DNA of 59,719 nucleotides from a virus (Duplodnaviria; Caudoviricetes): IMG/VR virus record IMGVR_UViG_3300025000_000111, positions 1 to 59,719 of that record; one strand, 5' to 3'. Shown piece by piece: positions 9,570 to 18,725 of this stretch (position 1 is its first letter; each line of letters starts with the position of its first letter). The notes under the pieces were generated by a model. It saw only the letters and a program-made list of their open reading frames with translations, ran no database searches and was not told where the DNA came from. The position numbers and the translations under genes were made by a program.

Positions 9570-10364
9570 TCATATTATTCTATGCTGACATTCTAAACTA
9601 CATCTCTTACATCTTAACGTATTTGGAATTTCCTCCCACACTTTAGACTTAATCCTATCAGTCAGCATTGACTTAACGGCACTAACCCTCATTTCCGTGA
9701 GTTCAAGATTAGATTTAGCAAAATATATTCTATTTCTAAGCAACTTACTTGACTCAAATACAAAATATACAAATTCCACATCCTCATCATACACCTTCTT
9801 TACAAGGCTCTTATAGAAGTCAGCCTGAATACTATCTATGGTAAAGGGCGTTCCATAATAGTACTGTATTCCAGTATCTTCATCAACCATCAGTTCACAG
9901 TTATCATCCAAACCCCAGCCAAAAGGATGAATAGTACTATCAAGGTTTGCTGTCATTTTAAGGTCGATAATGACTTTCCTACCGAATAGTGTCACCGGAT
10001 ACCAGTCAAGTACTCCACGTCTGATGAAACCGTTATCACCGTGTTGTATGGCGTGCTGTGTGTTCTCTGCCGGATTGATATTCAGCTTCTTACACATATC
10101 ATGGAAGATAACTACTTGCTGGTTGATTCTTTCGGTAGCCACACTAAGTTTACCTCTGGCTAACGGTAGTTCTGTGATGACATCACCGTGAGCAGTAGAG
10201 CCAATACAAGCAGATTCAAAGTATGATCCCTGTGACATAGCTAAAGACGGTATAAACTCACAGTCCTTCAAGATATACTTATGGTAAATCTGTTTCCAAC
10301 AGGCACTGACCTCAAGGCTATCGCTTATAATGGCTTTCACCAATGACTGGCTTATTTTTAGCAT
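9570..10364 (-). CDS. PD-(D/E)xK exonuclease, Cas4/RecB-like
   Basis: S.S..K..C at N terminus, GVLD, IIDLKMT, Q..FY and C-terminal CxxCxxxC. Confidence 0.75.
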   Translation of the reverse strand: MLKISQSLVKAIISDSLEVSACWKQIYHKYILKDCEFIPSLAMSQGSYFESACIGSTAHGDVITELPLARGKLSVATERINQQVVIFHDMCKKLNINPAENTQHAIQHGDNGFIRRGVLDWYPVTLFGRKVIIDLKMTANLDSTIHPFGWGLDDNCELMVDEDTGIQYYYGTPFTIDSIQADFYKSLVKKVYDEDVEFVYFVFESSKLLRNRIYFAKSNLELTEMRVSAVKSMLTDRIKSKVWEEIPNTLRCKRCSLECQHRII

Positions 10365-11466
10365 CCAGAATGTGTATGTGATAAATGGTGTAAAACGAGC
10401 TTCTGGTTAAGTGTAGATATTTCAGCAAACACCATACTTGCTATAACATCATTTTTACTATATAATGGCTCTCTATCCTTTAAATACATCAACCCGTCTT
10501 CTTCTGTTAAGAAGAATTTCCAGTGATTAAAATCTGTATTTACAACGGCCTCCATCTTTTTAAATTCGGCTATTGTTGGGGATGACCCCCGTGTTGTGTA
10601 TTGAAGCCTATATATGGTGTCTCCTTCAAATATATCTTTCCCATCTTCTGTATTAGATATTGGTCTAACCTCAACCCAATCTTCCGAGTCTTCTAATAAG
10701 ACTAATGGATAAGCCCCGACATAAGAACCATCAAGTTTCTCAATCCATAATTTAGAACTACCTTTATCGGATGCAGTCCATCCCGTTTTTTTATGTTTGT
10801 ATTTTTTCATAGTTTTAACATTTACAATCCATATTATTATTTTGTTCATATTCTTCACAGTTTCTTAACCATCCAGACACCTCTTCTGTGATATAGGATG
10901 CCTTGTTAGTCCTGAATAACACCCTTTTACCTTTAGTACACTCTGGATTCTTGTAGAACAGTGTGCTGTCAGAGAAGTATGTAGGAGGGACAAAGTTCTG
11001 ACAGAATGTGCAGTCAACTAATGTTTTAGTCATAATAATTAGTCTTTAATAAATTCAAATTGATCCGGTTTATCTAAACAGCTTTCCTTTTCAATATACA
11101 TGGTTAACGTGCTATTTTTACCAATTCCAAGCATAGACTCAAAATTATCAGAGGCGTAATTTACTGACAAACCGTCACAACATTCAAATATTGTCCCAGC
11201 TGGAATAATAAAGTCCTTTTTTAAAATTACTTTTTTCATTGCTATTGTATATTTAGTTTTGTTTTCAATTCTTCAACTGTACGAACGTAGTATGTAAACC
11301 GTAACCCATTCATTAAATATCCTTTACTTGGATGGTCACGACCAAACTTGTTCACCTCAATTATTCTATTCAGTACTACTGGCTCATCGTGTAACAGCAT
11401 ATACATCATACCTGAGTGTAACTCAATGAAACCCAGTTCTTTGGCTTGTTCACGGGTTATTGACAT
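10358..11466 (-). other. Small early hypothetical genes (10358-~10810, 10815-11033 Cys-rich, 11039-11239, 11242-11466)
   Basis: Packed ORFs. Confidence 0.6.
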
Positions 11467-11813
11467 ATTAACTCCTGTCCGGTAAGTGCGAAGTAAAGGT
11501 TTTGTAGTTGGTGGACGTGTTCTACTATAACCGTTTTATCTAAATTTACGGCTAATATTATTTTCCCAAGTGTTTCATCTGTTTCTCCTATAAGAAAATG
11601 AATTGTATTATTTACATAATATCCATACTTATTTTTCTTAAATCCAAACCTAACTATCCAATCTTCGGTTAGTGGGATTGGCTTAATATCAATTAAGTTG
11701 TTAAGAATCATTTCAAAATATCCCTCATTAATCAAAACAGGACTTTCATAAATATACTTTTCAAGACTTTTAGCTTGAACATAATTCCCGATTCTCAATT
11801 CACTTGCTTTCAT
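11457..11813 (-). CDS. Conserved phage protein (MKASELRIGN...PIPLTE...VHQLQNLYFALTG family)
   Basis: Recognisable motif set; paralog at 39582-39899. Confidence 0.7.
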   Translation of the reverse strand: MKASELRIGNYVQAKSLEKYIYESPVLINEGYFEMILNNLIDIKPIPLTEDWIVRFGFKKNKYGYYVNNTIHFLIGETDETLGKIILAVNLDKTVIVEHVHQLQNLYFALTGQELICQ

Positions 11814-12261
11814 ACAGTTCCTCCATTAAATTACTTTTATCTTTTTCCAGCATCTTTTGAATATGGCTATATATCTCAACGGTAGCAGGATATTTAATCA
11901 TATTATCCCTCATCTTGTGTCTGTAATAGTTACTCTGACCTTTAATGTTTTTCTTTAGCCCGAACAGTTTTATTATGTTTGCATCTGTGTGTCCAAATTG
12001 TGTCAGTATCACCCAAGCAATAGGTTTTAACAGGCTTTTACCAGCTTTCAACGTAACTTCACTATGACTAACTCCGGCAATATCACAAATCCTTGTTAAC
12101 AGTGTCCTTGGGTTAAGGTAGTATTCAAGCACGTTACAGTGTTTCGGGATGTACTGTATGATTGTTTCATGGTTTTCGATAGCCATCACAGCCAACCGTA
12201 AGTCTGCCATTGCTTCCAGTCCCATACGGACTGATGATATGTTCCGGCTATCGAGGATCAT
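11800..12261 (-). CDS. Hypothetical protein, possible DnaA-domain-IV-like helical DNA-binding fold
   Basis: ICDIAGVS.SEV...IAWVIL..FGHT...I.KLFG pattern; weak. Confidence 0.35.
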   Translation of the reverse strand: MILDSRNISSVRMGLEAMADLRLAVMAIENHETIIQYIPKHCNVLEYYLNPRTLLTRICDIAGVSHSEVTLKAGKSLLKPIAWVILTQFGHTDANIIKLFGLKKNIKGQSNYYRHKMRDNMIKYPATVEIYSHIQKMLEKDKSNLMEELYESK

Positions 12262-12551
12262 TACTCTGTGGATTTCTTGATGGCTAATTTTGCTTTTTCA
12301 AATGCTTTAACACCAGTTTTATCATGCTGATCAATTAAATACAAGCAATCAATCAGTGCTTTAAGCAATTCAGGTGCGGCTGCGATTAATTTGGCGTTGG
12401 CCTCTCGTTCATCTTCGGTAGCGTCATTGAAACCTTCTCCGTATGACTTACATTCACAGATTCGTTTACCGTCTTGTGTCTGTATATCTGAATAAAGTTC
12501 GCTTGCGGATGGTTTAATAATCCATTCTCCCTTTGTGTGTTTTGTTTCCAT
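12261..12551 (-). CDS. Conserved phage protein (HTKGEW...ANAKLIAAAPELL family)
   Basis: Motif; start at METKH just downstream of promoter. Confidence 0.75.
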   Translation of the reverse strand: METKHTKGEWIIKPSASELYSDIQTQDGKRICECKSYGEGFNDATEDEREANAKLIAAAPELLKALIDCLYLIDQHDKTGVKAFEKAKLAIKKSTE

Positions 12552-12565
12552 GTCTTTTTTTTTAA

Positions 12566-12596
12566 CAAAGGTAATGCTATTAAAACTATTTGTCAA
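12566..12596 (-). promoter_or_regulatory. Class I promoter TTGACA-N17-TACCTTTG
   Basis: Consensus match. Confidence 0.8.
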
Positions 12597-12942
12597 GTGT
12601 TTTCTGTAATAAATCGAAAAAAACTGAGGCGTCTAATACGGCCACTGGTTTATATCTGTTCTTGGATATAATTAACAACCAATTTCTTCCTGCTTTTGTA
12701 TTTGCCTTCGCTTGTTCAATATATGATGGTAAAGCCCAGCTTTCTTGGCATTTGTTCTCAATATCAAACTGTATCAATTCCCTTGCTTTCCCAACTAACA
12801 CTACATCTGTACCATTTTGGCCGCCTGCTCTGGATGATATTAATTGTTCGTCTCCCCACTCAATACCTGTAATGTCTGATATTTTCTGGCAAGTCCATTG
12901 TTGAAGACGTCTTCCTTTAGATTTAGCACTACTTGTTTTCAA
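12586..12942 (-). CDS. Holliday-junction resolvase-like PD-(D/E)xK nuclease
   Basis: SAKSKGRRLQQW...GTD...IENKCQE...EQAKAN. Confidence 0.75.
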   Translation of the reverse strand: MKTSSAKSKGRRLQQWTCQKISDITGIEWGDEQLISSRAGGQNGTDVVLVGKARELIQFDIENKCQESWALPSYIEQAKANTKAGRNWLLIISKNRYKPVAVLDASVFFDLLQKTLDK

Positions 12943-13282
12943 AATAATAAGTATTGAAGGGTTTTTAAATATGACCTTAGTTCCGTAATACCTGTATCTT
13001 TTTCAAACATAGGTCTAATGGCATTTACCTTTATACCTTGTTTCGACTTATCGGCCTTGTACTGTTTCCAGTAAGTTTCCTTCATTTCCATCTTTCTAAC
13101 CGTCTCACTAAGCCTGTCTTGCAGGATAATTTCTTTCGGGTTGGTTAATAGAAATGAACGTAATAACCTTAGTTCGGCAATAGCCTTTTCTAACTTCTTT
13201 AAGGTAGCTGTTTTCTCCGGTGAAGTCTTTCCGTATTCTTCCAATAATGGCTGAATATCTAAATCAATCTGTTCTACTGTTT

Positions 13283-13555
13283 TCATTTATCATCCTCTAT
13301 ATAAGCTGTTACTTTCATTCCTAATGCTATCATCAGTGTATCAAGATGGTGCATATTTATAACCTTTAACTTCAACAGGTTGTATGCTGGTGCATAGTTT
13401 ATACCCAGAAGTTGAGCCACTGTATTAGTTGACATTTTTCGTCTTGCTAATTCCAAGTTACAGAACGTCAGTGACTTTATGTATGTTTCTGATATACAGT
13501 TTGCTGCTTCTCTCATTTCCTTACTCTTATTGTTCTTGGTTCTTGTCCGTTCCAC
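13283..13555 (-). CDS. Cro/C1-like HTH protein
   Basis: MSTNTVAQLLGINYAPAYNLL...LDTLMIALG. Confidence 0.55.
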   Translation of the reverse strand: MERTRTKNNKSKEMREAANCISETYIKSLTFCNLELARRKMSTNTVAQLLGINYAPAYNLLKLKVINMHHLDTLMIALGMKVTAYIEDDK

Positions 13556-14066
13556 TCCCAGTACAGGCAGTATCCTTTATCTAAATTATATGGTATCACA
13601 CTAAAAAACTTGCCGAATTTACTCATATCATTGGTCTTACAGATAGTCCGTAATGGACATCCAGTACCTTGACATATCAGTCTTTCCATTTAGTCTTCCT
13701 TATCTTAGTGTAGTTTTCATTGAATGAAAAGAAATGATTGGGATTGACCGCGTGGATGAGATACCAATACTCCTTAATCACTTCCATGTCAGATGCTGTA
13801 ACATTGTATGTCTGATTATCAATCATTTTACAGCACTTATCGAGAATAGTTTTAACCATTGAATCCACCAAAAAACTGATCTTCTGCCAATTCCTCCGTT
13901 AACTCCCTGTCAATTTCCATCAAGCTGATTTCATTTAACAGTACCCTATTATTACCTTCATCGAACACATCCGAACAGGCCGCAAAAGACATACCATCCA
14001 CTCCGTCTTCAAATTCGTATTTCACATTAATAATGTGACCTAATGATACTGAATAAAATGAATATT

Positions 14067-14756
14067 TCATAGTCCCATTGCAGTTTTAATAGTTTCCTCA
14101 CCAAGGATGGTATAGGCTTTTTCGGCTAATTCTTTGGTTTTGAAATAGAATAATGAAACAATGTGACCCACACTCCAATCAATCTCTTTATATTCTCCGT
14201 TTTCCATTTCAAACCTCCACTTATACTGATTGGTTTTCCAATCCGGCTTCCACCCATCATTCAATGCTTCCATCACTACCATACATTTCATAATGGCTTG
14301 GATTTGTTCACAATGTTTTCTTGATGGGAGATTGGTCATTTGCTCACTATCAAATCTAAATTGATTAATGCGAAGGGTATCTATTTCGCTATTTTCGTCA
14401 ATGTAATATAAAGGCTTAACCTTATTATAACAATCTTCCAACGTTTCCAATGGTTCTGGCTGTTTTTGCAATTCCTCAATCTGCTTTCTTGCGGTTTCAA
14501 TTGTAGCCTGTAATTCCTGTAATTGTTCTTCTTTAGTTTTCATTGTTTCTTGTTTTAAAATGTATTTCTTAAATTCTTCAAAAGTTATTTCGGTGTATCC
14601 ATATGGAACAAATACAACCGAGTTGTTACCGTTTTTATCACACGGATAATAGTAATAATCCGTCTTATAAATTAAGTGCCCATTTTTTTCGGCATTCTTT
14701 TGAATCCATTTTAACGCTTCTGGATAATGTGCAATACACCATTTTTCTGGTATCAT
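14067..14756 (-). CDS. Hypothetical phage protein (IPEKWC N-terminal domain, ALNDGWKPDW C-terminal domain)
   Basis: Long ORF with recognisable phage motifs. Confidence 0.7.
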   Translation of the reverse strand: MIPEKWCIAHYPEALKWIQKNAEKNGHLIYKTDYYYYPCDKNGNNSVVFVPYGYTEITFEEFKKYILKQETMKTKEEQLQELQATIETARKQIEELQKQPEPLETLEDCYNKVKPLYYIDENSEIDTLRINQFRFDSEQMTNLPSRKHCEQIQAIMKCMVVMEALNDGWKPDWKTNQYKWRFEMENGEYKEIDWSVGHIVSLFYFKTKELAEKAYTILGEETIKTAMGL

Positions 14757-14762
14757 AGTTAT

Positions 14763-15446
14763 TTATTTTAAAATTGTTACTAATGTACTTCCAATTACTA
14801 TTCCGGTTACACCACTTACTAATATAGTCTTAAATATTCGTTTCTTGGCTATTTTCCGTTCGTTTAAGATACTTTTGTTGAGTTCCGATATAATCTTATT
14901 ATCAGTATCCGATAGTGTCTTAAAACGGCTTATTTCACTTCTATTAGTTTCGATTACCTTTTTAGCATCAGTTAAACTGTTGTTCAGGTCAATAACCATT
15001 GTCCGGCTTATTCTTAATTCCGATACGGAATAAACCAGTTCATTGTATGTTAAGTTAACCGTTTGAATATCAGGTATTGTCAGGATGACTGCCGTATCTT
15101 TGTCTATTGTCAGTAGTTCAACACTGTTGTTGATATTAGTTTCCAGTAGTTCAACCTGTTCTGTCAACGGTAATTGCCGGATACGTGTTTTATCCCTATT
15201 GTAGTCTGCTTTTACCTTATCTAACTGCTTAAGGTGTTTCAGGCTGTCAAAACTGATTTTGGCGTACAAAGCATTTTCCTGTGCCATAGCAAGGCTGTCT
15301 AAAGTAGTAATAGATTTTACCAGTTGTTCCTTGTCTGCTTTCAGTTGTTGTAAGTTACTGCTGTACTGCTTTTTCTGGTTATTGAACAGTATTATCGCCA
15401 GAAACACAAGTAATGCCAGTAATAATATGTAAATCAGGTTTTTCAT
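14763..15446 (-). CDS. Coiled-coil protein with N- and C-terminal hydrophobic segments; spanin candidate
   Basis: LIYILLLALLVFLAIILF...coiled coil...TILVSGVTGIVIGSTLV; about 1.5 kb from the endolysin. Confidence 0.45.
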   Translation of the reverse strand: MKNLIYILLLALLVFLAIILFNNQKKQYSSNLQQLKADKEQLVKSITTLDSLAMAQENALYAKISFDSLKHLKQLDKVKADYNRDKTRIRQLPLTEQVELLETNINNSVELLTIDKDTAVILTIPDIQTVNLTYNELVYSVSELRISRTMVIDLNNSLTDAKKVIETNRSEISRFKTLSDTDNKIISELNKSILNERKIAKKRIFKTILVSGVTGIVIGSTLVTILK

Positions 15447-15753
15447 AATGCCTCAATCTCCTTTCTGACTTGTTGCCAATAAACAACCTTATCAGTCTTA
15501 TAAATCCAATTCACTAAATCAGAATTTAATGTAGTGTATTGAAACAATATTTCATCAACCGCAATAAGTGCGCATTGTTTGGCTGAATGGTAAGTCATAT
15601 TATCTGTTACCAACAAAGACTCATTATTCTCGTTTATGAAAATCAATGTAATATCCTGTTTTTTAAACTTTTCAATCAGTTCACGCATTTTTTCTTTTGG
15701 TGTCATTTTAATGCTATTTGTAATAATCATTCTTGATTTACGATTTTTTTTTA

Positions 15754-15784
15754 CAAATGTACAACAATAAAAACTGTTTGTCAA
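15754..15784 (-). promoter_or_regulatory. Class I promoter TTGACA-N17-TACATTTG
   Basis: Consensus match. Confidence 0.85.
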
Positions 15785-15803
15785 GTATTATTTTGAAATA
15801 TTT

Positions 15804-16188
15804 TTAATCAGGAATTAAAGTGTGTGCATCGTAATGACATTTTTCACACAAAGTTAGCAAGTCTTCAAGATGGTCAAGTTCTTTACCTCTATGTTTATAT
15901 GTAGTATGGTGTACGTTTAAAGATTCATCAGAGCCACAAACAGTACATTTATAGTTATCCCTTTTCAACACGGTAGCCCTTACTTTAAGCCAGTACGGTG
16001 TTTTAAGGTAATCACTGTAATTAGGATACCAAGTTTTAACCTTAACGGCCTTTTTATTTACTATTACTTTTTTTTTTCTTTGGTTTCCTTATTTTACGAG
16101 CCCTTAAAGCATTTCTTTCCTTTTCAACATAGTCTTTGTCCTTGATTGTACTTGCATACATTTCTATTAGTTTATCTGTTGATTTCAT
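15804..16188 (-). pseudogene. HNH endonuclease (127 aa if A10 run is A9), missed by the ORF track
   Basis: YLKTPYWLKVRATVLKRDNYKCTVCGSDESLNVHH..Y...LLTLCEKCH; ATG overlaps the stop of the upstream gene; one extra base in the T10 run at 16068-16077. Confidence 0.85.
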
Positions 16189-16703
16189 TTTCTTGGGCAA
16201 AAGTATCTTGAAATTAAAGTATCCCTGAATAACTCTATAATGTCTGATTTAGTCTTAGTTCCTTTGTGGGCAATAATAGGGTTTAATATCCAAAACTTTT
16301 TATATTCCTCACCGTTATCCCAATATTCAAACTTACCATAGATACCAAGTTGAAAAAATTTATCTAAGATATTCTTAACCTCTCGCCTGTTTACTTTGAA
16401 CATTTCTTCAAGCATTAAAGAGGTACAATCATCATCCAATGGTTTAAGTGAGTTGGTTTCAAACTCTATCATATTACACATTTTATACACAAACCTAAAT
16501 TCAATAGGCGTCAATACTTTAGATAAGTAGTTGGATACTTCTGTGTTTATTTTGTAAAATATTGGAATCTTGTATGGGACAAATCCTTTTTTTAATGGCT
16601 TATGTCCTGTTGGTAATTGTCTTACTTCTCCTGTTGTCTGAGAAATGGCTTGTAATACCTCATCGTGATTGATTGCTGATGTTACTCGATAGTCTTTTTT
16701 CAT
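16185..16703 (-). CDS. RepL-like winged-helix replication/DNA-binding protein
   Basis: TTGEV N terminus, FYK, wHTH and terminal ILNP...KG as in plasmid/phage RepL-type proteins. Confidence 0.55.
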   Translation of the reverse strand: MKKDYRVTSAINHDEVLQAISQTTGEVRQLPTGHKPLKKGFVPYKIPIFYKINTEVSNYLSKVLTPIEFRFVYKMCNMIEFETNSLKPLDDDCTSLMLEEMFKVNRREVKNILDKFFQLGIYGKFEYWDNGEEYKKFWILNPIIAHKGTKTKSDIIELFRDTLISRYFCPRK

Positions 16704-16715
16704 AAGTTTTTTCTG

Positions 16716-16746
16716 CAAATATACAACAAAAAAAGCTCTGTGTCAA
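16716..16746 (-). promoter_or_regulatory. Class I promoter TTGACA-N17-TATATTTG
   Basis: Consensus match. Confidence 0.8.
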
Positions 16747-16989
16747 TAACAAATGGTAAGTAGTTACCAAAATACTGTATAGTTCTTACCAAAACACATC
16801 TGCAACTTATTGATTATCAGTACCCAAAAATCGTCTTCTTTCTTAATCTAAGAGACCTATAAAGTATTATAAAGGGATAAAAGATTTAGAGTCGGTTTCA
16901 ACCATCTTTGCGTTCTAAGAGGACTTTGCTTTTGGCTTAGGTTGGCAAAATATAAATCTAATTTTTTGAATGTTTAACAATAACCATTG

Positions 16990-17400
16990 TTATTTTAACT
17001 GGAAGTGCATTCCATCAGGATACGACCAATCAGCCCCACATTCAAATCCATGTTTTCTCCATATAGATAAGAATGGCTTACTGAATTTACAAGGCTGACC
17101 CATAGGATTTTCAAAGGCATTAATGTCAACAGCCAGTCCCCAACTATGTAATGACATTGACTTGCTGGTACGTTTTGGTCTGATATTGAAACATCCATCC
17201 CATGATTTAATTTCCTTAACCAATCCTGTCTGGATAAGATCAATGAATACAAGCATTAACGGTTCTACAATGTCTTTATTGCAGTATATCTTCTTAGGAA
17301 TGTAACCAATCTCTAACTCAGTAGGGACATCAAACACGGTTAAATGTCTGCTACCGTTAACAGGTTCACCATATTTTTTAAATGCTTCTGCACTGGTCAT
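16990..17400 (-). CDS. Endolysin, M15 family (D-Ala-D-Ala carboxypeptidase-like) peptidase
   Basis: GCFNIR...SLHSWGLAVDIN...GADW..PDGMHFQ. Confidence 0.9.
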   Translation of the reverse strand: MTSAEAFKKYGEPVNGSRHLTVFDVPTELEIGYIPKKIYCNKDIVEPLMLVFIDLIQTGLVKEIKSWDGCFNIRPKRTSKSMSLHSWGLAVDINAFENPMGQPCKFSKPFLSIWRKHGFECGADWSYPDGMHFQLK

Positions 17401-17402
17401 AA

Positions 17403-17693
17403 TTAGTCTCCTTCCTGATTTTTATCGTAAAACATTTCGTTACCCTCCGCCTTAACCTTTCCAAAGAATACAGCAGCACACAAGCCACCAACAGCCGTTA
17501 TAACAGCAGCAAGACCAAGAAGGTCACTATCTATGGTATAAGTTGAGAACAGGTCTATAAACAGCATTAAAATGAACGATAATGTAGTAATACCTCCAAC
17601 AATGGATGCTATCACTAAAGCAAAGTTCTTTGATGATATTCCAGTATTGGAAGTTATTAAAGACATAAAGACGTTCATCTTTTTTTGAACCAT
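17403..17693 (-). CDS. Holin candidate (2 TM)
   Basis: ISSKNF followed by two hydrophobic helices, adjacent to endolysin. Confidence 0.65.
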   Translation of the reverse strand: MVQKKMNVFMSLITSNTGISSKNFALVIASIVGGITTLSFILMLFIDLFSTYTIDSDLLGLAAVITAVGGLCAAVFFGKVKAEGNEMFYDKNQEGD

Positions 17694-17899
17694 CGTCTTG
17701 TACCGTTTACAATTGACACTAACCCAGCAATAATGGCTACCGACCAAGCAGTATGTTGAAAGGCTGTATTAATAATTTCAAGTGATGCTATATGAAAAAT
17801 ACCAGAAACATCTGATGTAATCTGCCCTGTCATAGCAGCGATAATACTTGTAACAGCAGCCTTGCCACCATTAAAACTGTTCATAATGTCATCTATCAT
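17675..17899 (-). CDS. Small membrane protein, holin/antiholin candidate
   Basis: WSVAIIAGLVSIV followed by basic tail RRWFKKR. Confidence 0.55.
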   Translation of the reverse strand: MIDDIMNSFNGGKAAVTSIIAAMTGQITSDVSGIFHIASLEIINTAFQHTAWSVAIIAGLVSIVNGTRRWFKKR

Positions 17900-17938
17900 G
17901 TTTTAATCTTTCTTGAACCACACTTACACATTATTTTA

Positions 17939-18436
17939 TTACTTATATATTACATCAAATGCTAAATTAAATCCACTGGTATAAGCTAAGTAGTAACACC
18001 CAGCCTCCACTACATATTGTTTCCAGTTCTTCTTACTACCTATCGGTATAACTATTGCAGTAATCATTGTAACATTCCTTACCATTCTTATCATATGATA
18101 ACCATCAGTTGCAAAAGATAAAGCGGTAGAACTATATGGAAATTTCTCAGCATACTTAGGGTTATAACCAAGATAATACCAGTTGTTGTCTGATGGTCTT
18201 AAAGGCATTTTCCATTTGTTTTCCCAGCTTTCAGCTGGATTCCAATACTTCCTGTTAGCATTAGGAAACACGTTCTCAAACTCATCATAATGAACCCTTA
18301 GTGTTTCTGCCGTACCATCACAAAAGCCTGACACAACCATTAGACTGGATTTAACCGCAATAGTTTTCCAATCTAATTTCTGTGTATAGCCTGACAAACA
18401 GGATACTATCAGTAATATGGTTAACAGCCTCCTCAC
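17939..18436 (-). CDS. Secreted/membrane protein
   Basis: Signal peptide MRRLLTILLIVSCLSG; SWENKW and TDGYH motifs. Confidence 0.6.
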   Translation of the reverse strand: MRRLLTILLIVSCLSGYTQKLDWKTIAVKSSLMVVSGFCDGTAETLRVHYDEFENVFPNANRKYWNPAESWENKWKMPLRPSDNNWYYLGYNPKYAEKFPYSSTALSFATDGYHMIRMVRNVTMITAIVIPIGSKKNWKQYVVEAGCYYLAYTSGFNLAFDVIYK

Positions 18437-18723
18437 TATTGTTCTGTTGTTTCTTGGATTGGAATACTATCAAGCAATACACAATCAGTAAACAACCCAG
18501 CTTCTTGAAACTCTGGTTTAGCCTCCATATAATAGAACCCATCGAATTGCTGTTCTGGTTCAGGTGTGTAGTAATGTTCTGTTTCAGTCCGTGTGAACTC
18601 ACTATTAGTTAATTGATTCTTCCAAGTAACTATCTTAGCGTCCTGAGCAAGATAGGATTTAAGGGTTTTAAATTGTGCGTATTTTGTTGGAGGCAATACT
18701 ACCTCAGGTGTTAGTTCTTCCAT
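18436..18723 (-). CDS. Hypothetical protein (possible fibre-associated)
   Basis: ORF directly after the FISUMP gene. Confidence 0.55.
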   Translation of the reverse strand: MEELTPEVVLPPTKYAQFKTLKSYLAQDAKIVTWKNQLTNSEFTRTETEHYYTPEPEQQFDGFYYMEAKPEFQEAGLFTDCVLLDSIPIQETTEQ

Positions 18724-18725
18724 TG

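Noticed and set aside
9570..10364. CRISPR-Cas system suggested by the Cas4-like nuclease
   Set aside because: No repeat-spacer array or other cas genes; context is replication/recombination
13283..13555. Lysogeny module
   Set aside because: Only a lone Cro-like HTH; no integrase, CI-like peptidase repressor or partition genes seen
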